This document shows positions 57,862 through 64,000 of a stretch of 64,000 nt of DNA, in pieces. Origin of the DNA: Chthoniobacteraceae bacterium (GTDB taxonomy: Bacteria; Verrucomicrobiota; Verrucomicrobiia; Chthoniobacterales; Chthoniobacteraceae); assembly GCA_037190965.1 (NCBI GenBank), contig JBBCKI010000048.1:82982-146981 (forward strand), given 5' to 3'. The position numbers and the translations under genes are program-made. The notes beneath the pieces are model-generated. The model did no database searches and was not told the origin of the DNA. It saw nothing but the letters and a program-made list of their open reading frames with translations. Positions within the stretch are counted from its first letter, which is position 1; each line of letters begins with the position of its first letter.

Positions 57862-59247
57862 ATGACCCTCAAAGAAGAATTGGTGCAACTCCTCGGGCCG
57901 GAAGTGGTCCACGACGACGCGGAAACCCTCGCGCTCCACAGCAAAGACAAATGGTTTGCCAGCCGGGAGCCGGAGGTGGTCGTGCTCGCGGAGAATACCG
58001 ACCAGGTCAGCCGCCTGCTCCGCTTCGCCTCGGAGCGCCGCATCCCTGTGACCCCGCGCGGCGCGGGCGTCGGCTACGTCGGCGGCGCGGTGCCGCTGCA
58101 TGGAGGGATCGCGCTTTCGGTGGCACGGATGAACCGGATCAAGGAGATCAATCCCGCAGACGGCGTGGCCATCGTGGAGCCGGGCGTCATCACCGGCGAT
58201 TTGCAGGCCGCCGTGCGGGAATTGGGGCTTTTCTATCCGCCGGACCCGGCCAGCCTCAAAGAGTGCTCGCTGGGCGGCAACATCGCCACCAACGCCGGGG
58301 GGCCGCGCTGCCTCAAGTACGGGGTGACACGCTCCTACGTTCTCGGGCTGGAAGTCGTGCTGGCCAGCGGCGAAGTCCTTCGCACCGGGGGACGCACGCA
58401 CAAGAACAAGACCGGGTTCGATCTCGTGGGGCTTTTCACCGGCTCGGAAGGATTACTGGGCGTCGTGACGGAGGCGACCCTGCGGCTCATCCCGCTCCCG
58501 CCCGCCCGCGCCTCCATTTCCGCCAGTTTTACTACGTTCCGCGAAGCGGCGGACGCCGTGCACAAAGTGCTCGGCTCGGGCTATCTCCCGGCCGCGCTGG
58601 AAATTGCGGACGCCTTTACGCTGCAATCGGCCCGCGAGTATTTCGGCGCGGCGATTGTCCCCGAAGGCGAGGGCCATCTGCTCATTGACCTCGACGGACA
58701 GGAAGCCTCCGTGCGCGGCGAAGCTCTGGCGTTGGCGGATCTGGTTCGCGGCCTCGGCGCGCTCTATGTTGCCGAAGCCTTCGGCGAGGAAGAATGCGAA
58801 TCGCTGTGGGCCTTGCGCCGGCGGTTCTCCCAGTCGCTCAAGGCGACGGGGCTCACCAAACTCAACGAAGACATCGTCGTCCCGCGCGGCAAGCTCGTGG
58901 ATCTTGCCGAATTCGCGGCGAGCCTGCGGGCGAAATACGGCTTTCCCGTCGCCTGCTTCGGTCACGCGGGAGACGGCAACATCCACACCAACATCATGGC
59001 GGCGGATTACGACAAACCCGAGGTGCGGGAAAAGGTCGATCGCGCGCTCGACGAACTCTTCGCGCAAGTGCTGGCCTGGGGTGGGGCAATCACCGGCGAG
59101 CATGGGATCGGCATTGCCAAGGGCCGCTGGTGGCCCGATGCAGCCTCCTCCGTCAGCCGCGAAGTCCACGCCGCCATCAAGACGGCGCTTGATCCATTAG
59201 GCATTCTGAATCCCGGAAAATTCACGGCATCGCAGGGCTCCCGATAG
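57862..59247 (+). CDS. FAD-linked 2-hydroxyacid oxidase (GlcD/D-lactate dehydrogenase family)
   Basis: TPRGAG, YPPDPAS, GGNIATNAGG, GSEGLLGV, GHAGDGNIH, ITGEHGIG, LNPGK. Confidence 0.9.
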   Translation: MTLKEELVQLLGPEVVHDDAETLALHSKDKWFASREPEVVVLAENTDQVSRLLRFASERRIPVTPRGAGVGYVGGAVPLHGGIALSVARMNRIKEINPADGVAIVEPGVITGDLQAAVRELGLFYPPDPASLKECSLGGNIATNAGGPRCLKYGVTRSYVLGLEVVLASGEVLRTGGRTHKNKTGFDLVGLFTGSEGLLGVVTEATLRLIPLPPARASISASFTTFREAADAVHKVLGSGYLPAALEIADAFTLQSAREYFGAAIVPEGEGHLLIDLDGQEASVRGEALALADLVRGLGALYVAEAFGEEECESLWALRRRFSQSLKATGLTKLNEDIVVPRGKLVDLAEFAASLRAKYGFPVACFGHAGDGNIHTNIMAADYDKPEVREKVDRALDELFAQVLAWGGAITGEHGIGIAKGRWWPDAASSVSREVHAAIKTALDPLGILNPGKFTASQGSR

Positions 59248-59260
59248 GAAGATCCGCGAA

Positions 59261-59424
59261 GGTCGTCCGCTCGCGCCGTCGAGCGCGGGAGATGACCGGG
59301 AGACGCATTGGACGCCCATCCCCGCAGAACGGATGTTCCAATCGTCGGAATTCAGGTTTAGGGGCAAACACGAGCCGATACCCGCGCTCGGCGGCGCGAG
59401 CGGACTACCGGTGCTGCCGCACCA
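59261..59424 (-). repeat. REPIN-like element copy 9
   Basis: Reverse-orientation copy with cap; distal arm begins GGTCGTCC instead of GGTAGTCC. Confidence 0.88.
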
Positions 59425-59576
59425 TGAAGTCATCTCCCCGTCCACCCCTCCCTGACAAGAAACTGCTTGCCGCCCGCCCCGTAGTGCCTAAAGTCTGCCA
59501 ACGTCTCGACGCCGGGATAAACCGTGCGCCGGGGCGTTTTTCTGTGATCTGATTTTCCTGTTTTTCCCTTTTTACT

Positions 59577-60845
59577 ATGGCAAATACCGTTCTCGTTGGC
59601 GCCCAGTGGGGCGATGAAGGCAAAGGCAAAATTATCGACTTTCTGACGGAACAGGCCGATGTCGTCGTGCGCAGCCAGGGCGGCAACAACGCCGGGCATA
59701 CCGTCATCACCGGCGACAAAAAATACGTCCTTCACCTAATTCCCTCCGGCATCCTGCGCCCTGAAAAAGTGTGCGTCATCGGCAACGGCGTGGTGCTCGA
59801 CCCGGTTTCGCTGGTTGGTGAAATTGAGAAATTGCAGGCCGCCGGGATCGAAGTCGGCGACAACCTTCTCATCAGCGACTGCGCCCATCTGGTGCTCCCC
59901 TACCACCGTCTGCTCGACGAGGCGCGGGAACTTGCCAAGGGCAAGAACAAGATTGGCACCACCAAGCGCGGTATCGGCCCGGCTTATGGCGACAAGATCG
60001 CGCGCGTCGGCCTGCGCCTTGCCGATCTGATGCAGCCCGAGCTGTTCTCGCAGAAACTCGCCGTCCGCATTGAGGAAAACAACGCGCTGCTCGAAACGCT
60101 CGGCGCGAAGCCGCTTTGCTTTGAGGAAGTCAACGAGGCTTACCTCGCCGCCGGGGAGAAACTCCGCCGGTATGTGACGAACACGGTGGTCTACCTGCAC
60201 GGGGTGCTCAAGGAGAAGAAAGAGATGCTTTTCGAAGGCGCCCAGGGGACCTTCCTCGACATCGATCACGGCACCTACCCGTATGTCACCTCCTCGAACA
60301 CCACGGCGGGCGGCGCTTCCACCGGTTCGGGAGTTCCTCCGCACCGGATCGATACCGTTCTGGGAGTGATGAAGGCCTATACGACCCGCGTGGGCGAAGG
60401 GCCGTTCCCCACCGAGAACGACCAGATCAGCGACATGCTTCACGCGATGGGCCGCGAATTCGGCGCCACCACGGGGCGCGCGCGCCGCTGCGGATGGTTC
60501 GACTCGGTGGCGACCCGGTTTGCGGCGATGGTCAATGGCATTGACGAGATCGCCATCACCAACCTCGACGGGCTCGACACGCTGGAGACGATCAAGGTCT
60601 GCGTGGCCTACAAGCTCGGCGACAAGCAGTTGGATGTGCTTCCCTCGGATTTCCGGGATCTCTCGCGGTGCGAGCCGGTCACGATCGAACTCCCCGGCTG
60701 GCAGACCGACACCAGCGGGGCCAAGACCTTCGCGGACCTTCCCAAGAACGCCCAGGATTACGCGCTCAAGATCGCCGAGTTGACCGGCGGAAAGCTCAAG
60801 ATCGTCAGCGTCGGGCCGAACCGGGATCAGACGATTCTCTTGTAA
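59577..60845 (+). CDS. purA: Adenylosuccinate synthetase
   Basis: GAQWGDEGKGK, GGNNAGHT, GTTKRGIGPAY, EGAQG, GATTGRARRCGW. Confidence 0.98.
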   Translation: MANTVLVGAQWGDEGKGKIIDFLTEQADVVVRSQGGNNAGHTVITGDKKYVLHLIPSGILRPEKVCVIGNGVVLDPVSLVGEIEKLQAAGIEVGDNLLISDCAHLVLPYHRLLDEARELAKGKNKIGTTKRGIGPAYGDKIARVGLRLADLMQPELFSQKLAVRIEENNALLETLGAKPLCFEEVNEAYLAAGEKLRRYVTNTVVYLHGVLKEKKEMLFEGAQGTFLDIDHGTYPYVTSSNTTAGGASTGSGVPPHRIDTVLGVMKAYTTRVGEGPFPTENDQISDMLHAMGREFGATTGRARRCGWFDSVATRFAAMVNGIDEIAITNLDGLDTLETIKVCVAYKLGDKQLDVLPSDFRDLSRCEPVTIELPGWQTDTSGAKTFADLPKNAQDYALKIAELTGGKLKIVSVGPNRDQTILL

Positions 60846-60878
60846 GGCGCGGCTTCCTCGTGCGAAGTTGTACCTTCT

Positions 60879-61643
60879 GTGACACATCCTTCCGCTGCCA
60901 GACCTCGCTCCCCTGAACCTCTCCCGCCGTCCCAAAGGGTGACGGCGGTGCCGCGCCATATCGCGATCATCATGGACGGCAACGGGCGCTGGGCGCGGCA
61001 GCAGGGGCTGGCCCGCATCACCGGGCATGAGCGCGGCGCGGAGGCCGTGCGCGGCAGCCTGGAAGGATGTCAGGAGCTGGGCGTGGAGTATCTGACCCTC
61101 TACGCCTTTTCCACGGAGAACTGGAAGCGTCCCAAGAACGAGATCTCCGCGTTGATGACCCTGCTGGAGCGGTTTCTGAAGAAAGAGATCGCCGGGCTGG
61201 CGAAAAAGGGAGTCCGCCTTGAGACCATCGGGCGGACGGGCGATCTGCCCGCATCCACCCAGGAGGAACTGCGCCGGGCCAAGGAACTGACGGCGGGGAA
61301 CACCAAGACGACGCTCGTCCTCGCCCTGAGTTACTCCAGCCGGATCGAGATCCTCGACGGCATTCAAAGCGTGGTGCGGGAAGTGCAGGCCGGGCGGCTC
61401 GACCCCGCCGCCATCGATGCCGACCTCTTCAGCCGCCACCTCTACACCAGCGGGATTCCCGACCCGGATCTCCTCGTCCGCACTTCCGGCGAGATGCGGC
61501 TCTCGAATTTTCTCCTCTGGCAGTTGAGCTATACTGAACTTTACGTCACCAAAAAGCTGTGGCCCGATTTCCGCAAGGAGGATCTGCTGGAGGCCGCCCG
61601 GGACTTCAGCACCCGCCAACGGAGGTTTGGCGCCATCGGCTGA
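60879..61643 (+). CDS. uppS: Isoprenyl transferase (undecaprenyl diphosphate synthase)
   Basis: HIAIIMDGNGRWA, YAFSTENWKRP, RTSGEMRLSNFLLWQ. Confidence 0.96.
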   Translation: MTHPSAARPRSPEPLPPSQRVTAVPRHIAIIMDGNGRWARQQGLARITGHERGAEAVRGSLEGCQELGVEYLTLYAFSTENWKRPKNEISALMTLLERFLKKEIAGLAKKGVRLETIGRTGDLPASTQEELRRAKELTAGNTKTTLVLALSYSSRIEILDGIQSVVREVQAGRLDPAAIDADLFSRHLYTSGIPDPDLLVRTSGEMRLSNFLLWQLSYTELYVTKKLWPDFRKEDLLEAARDFSTRQRRFGAIG

Positions 61644-61657
61644 CTCCGCACTTGATC

Positions 61658-63103
61658 ATGTCTGCACGTAGCCAAACCATTCTTGTCGCTGATCCCGAAA
61701 CCGACTTTTTGGAGTGGGCTCGCAGACAGCTTGAAACGCCCGAAACTCGCGTCCTCACGGTCACCGATGCCGACGAGGCCTTTGCCCTCTATCGCAAAGA
61801 GAACCCCGATCTCCTGATCGCCGATACGCATCTCCACCCCTATAGCGGCATGGAACTGCTGGGGCGGGTGCGGCAGTGCGATTCCAACGCGATGGTGATT
61901 CTCATCAGCGGCTTTGGCACGACGCAGGCGGTGATCGAATCGATGAAACGCGGGGCGTTCGAGTTTCTCCGCAAGGAGTCGCTCTCGTTCAATCTCAAGC
62001 GGGTTGTGGACGCCGCGTTGACCGAGCAGGAGCAGATGCGCTCCGCCGTCGCCTCCAAGCCACGGCTGACCGTGGAGCAGGTGCAGGAGAGCCTCGTGGG
62101 CCAATCGCAGGCGATGCAGCAGGTCTTCAAGATGATCGGCCGGGTGTCGCATTCCGACGCGCCAGTGATGATCACCGGCGAGAGCGGCTCGGGCAAGGAA
62201 TTGGTGGCGCGGGCGATCCACCATTACAGCCGCCGCAACAGCTCCGATTTTGTCGCGATCAATTGCGCTGCGATTCCCGAGGCGCTGCTGGAGAGCGAGC
62301 TTTTCGGGCATGAAAAAGGGGCGTTCACCGGGGCGGTGTCGCAACGGATCGGCCGTTTTGAGCAATGCAACGGCGGCTCGCTCTTTCTAGACGAAATCGG
62401 CGACATGCCGATCCAGCTCCAGAGCAAGATTTTGCGGGTGCTGCAGGAGGGGGAATTCTCCCGCGTGGGCGGCAGCCAGACGCTCAAAACCGATGTGCGG
62501 ATCATCGCCGCGACCAACAAAAACCTGGAACTGGAAGTCGCGCAAAAGGCCTTCCGCGAGGATCTCTTTTATCGCCTTAATGTCGTGCGCATTCCGCTGC
62601 CGCCGCTGCGTGAGCGGGTGGAGGATATCCGGTTGCTGGCGGAGTATTTTCTGCAAAAGGTGGCGGCGCGCCAGCATCTCCCCCGTTTGCGTTTGAGCGA
62701 AAGCGCGGTGCGGGCAATGGAAGCCTACCCTTGGCCGGGCAACGTCCGCGAGTTGGAGAATACCATCCAGCGCGCCACGGTTCTGGCGACTTCGGACGTC
62801 ATTCTGCCCAAGGATCTCCCCCTTGGAAAAGCCATCCCCGGCAAGCTCCCCGGAGAAGGTGGAGACGGGGCCGATTTCACCCGGGAGGCCGCCGTCGAGG
62901 CATTGCTCAAAATCGCGCAGGACGATCCCTCGCTGCCGTTGCTGCCATGGTTGGAGCGGGAGTTCACCCGGCACGCCATGAAGCTGACGGGAGGCAACCA
63001 GGTGCGCGCCTCCAAGCTGCTCGGCATCACCCGCGCGACGCTTCGCAAACGGCTGGAAATTTTCGGCATCACCAAAAAGGACGAGCCAGAAGGAGGACGA
63101 TGA
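61658..63103 (+). CDS. Sigma-54-dependent response regulator (NtrC family; REC-AAA+-Fis HTH)
   Basis: GESGSGKE, ESELFGHEKGAFTGA, LFLDEIG, WPGNVRELEN, GNQVRASKLLGI. Confidence 0.95.
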   Translation: MSARSQTILVADPETDFLEWARRQLETPETRVLTVTDADEAFALYRKENPDLLIADTHLHPYSGMELLGRVRQCDSNAMVILISGFGTTQAVIESMKRGAFEFLRKESLSFNLKRVVDAALTEQEQMRSAVASKPRLTVEQVQESLVGQSQAMQQVFKMIGRVSHSDAPVMITGESGSGKELVARAIHHYSRRNSSDFVAINCAAIPEALLESELFGHEKGAFTGAVSQRIGRFEQCNGGSLFLDEIGDMPIQLQSKILRVLQEGEFSRVGGSQTLKTDVRIIAATNKNLELEVAQKAFREDLFYRLNVVRIPLPPLRERVEDIRLLAEYFLQKVAARQHLPRLRLSESAVRAMEAYPWPGNVRELENTIQRATVLATSDVILPKDLPLGKAIPGKLPGEGGDGADFTREAAVEALLKIAQDDPSLPLLPWLEREFTRHAMKLTGGNQVRASKLLGITRATLRKRLEIFGITKKDEPEGGR

Positions 63104-63888
63104 ATATGCCGCCGTCCTGGATTTGGGAAGGCGGCTGCTTCGTTCCATGCGAGGGACTGCCACTGGCGGACCGTGGGTTCCGCTACGGGATGGCCTTTTT
63201 CGAAAGCCTTGCCGTGCGCGGAGGCCGGGCGGAATTCCTGGAAGCCCACCTCGCGCGGCTTGAGGAAGCCTGCCGTCAGCAGGATTGGGCGCTGGACTCC
63301 GATGATCTGGCGCGGGCCGGCGGCGCGGTGGTGTCTCTTTGCGGCCCCGGGCCGGTCTTCGCCCGGCTCTACGTAACGGCGGGCGATGGCGGTCCCCTCA
63401 CCCCGGTCACGGCCCCGCGTATTTATCTTTTCGCCGAAGCCCGCAGCTCCGCAACGCCGGAGCCGTATCGGCTGATCGTGCATCCCTCGCCGCACCTTCC
63501 GTTGTTTGGCGGCCTCAAGACTGCCAATTACTGGGCCAACGCGGCGAGTTACGCGGCGGCGATCCGCGCGGGAGCGGATGAAGCGCTGCTTTTCAACCCG
63601 GCGGGGGAACTGATCTCGGCCTGCATGGCCAATGTGTTTCTGAACATCGGAAACCAATGGACCACGCCGCCTGCCGCCTCCGGGGCGCGGCGCGGCGTAA
63701 TTCGCGAGTGGGTGATGCAACGCCGCCGCGACGTCGTCGAACGAACGATGACTGCCACGGAGGTCGAAACGGCGACGGCATGTTTCCTCACCAGTTCCTG
63801 GCACGGGGTGATCCCGGTTGCGGCCTTGAATTCGCGTCCGCTTGAAATGACGTTGGGCGAGGAGCTTCGTGCTGAGTTTCGAAGCTGA
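63100..63888 (+). CDS. Class IV aminotransferase (PabC/branched-chain aminotransferase-like)
   Basis: DRGFRYGMAFFES, HLARL, GLKTANY, DEALLFN, ANVF; ATGA overlap with regulator. Confidence 0.85.
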   Translation: MNMPPSWIWEGGCFVPCEGLPLADRGFRYGMAFFESLAVRGGRAEFLEAHLARLEEACRQQDWALDSDDLARAGGAVVSLCGPGPVFARLYVTAGDGGPLTPVTAPRIYLFAEARSSATPEPYRLIVHPSPHLPLFGGLKTANYWANAASYAAAIRAGADEALLFNPAGELISACMANVFLNIGNQWTTPPAASGARRGVIREWVMQRRRDVVERTMTATEVETATACFLTSSWHGVIPVAALNSRPLEMTLGEELRAEFRS

Positions 63889-64000
63889 CATGATTATCAG
63901 GATTACATCTCTGGAACTGCTGCGGCGTGATCGTGTCAATCCTCCGCAGATTGATGGCGAGGGAAGGAAAACCAAAGTGAGCGCTTTCAGCGTTGCGGCG

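Overview
GC-rich bacterial chromosomal window, probably Verrucomicrobiota (Chthoniobacterales/Spartobacteria-like; inferred from gene content and protein style, not from a database hit). Most of it is housekeeping and metabolism: putA (3' part), rpoN, maf, sufS-sufU, gltB, a ClC channel, recQ, uvrA, thiE, a short RpoD-family sigma factor, pyk, purA, uppS and an NtrC-type activator. It also holds a sugar-utilisation cluster with an unusual ABC transporter and several accessory genes. I saw no tRNA, rRNA, CRISPR array, transposase or integrase. The strongest unexplained signal is non-coding: a dense family of ~160-180 bp GTAG-type REP-doublet (REPIN-like) elements, with 9 full and 2 half copies. 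Each has a conserved cap hairpin and a diverged but structurally conserved core. One copy has its core inverted relative to the cap, and three copies form a 236-bp-period tandem array directly before an accessory islet (SLOG/DprA-like protein, small ORF, AbrB-Doc TA). Three further small inverted-repeat element types occur, one apparently chimeric with a REPIN. Other notable items: sigma-54 -24/-12 motifs upstream of rpoN and of a hypothetical gene, a stand-alone HisKA-like microprotein, a heparinase II/III-like secreted protein whose catalytic His motifs look altered, and an internally deleted, degenerate DUF1015 gene.
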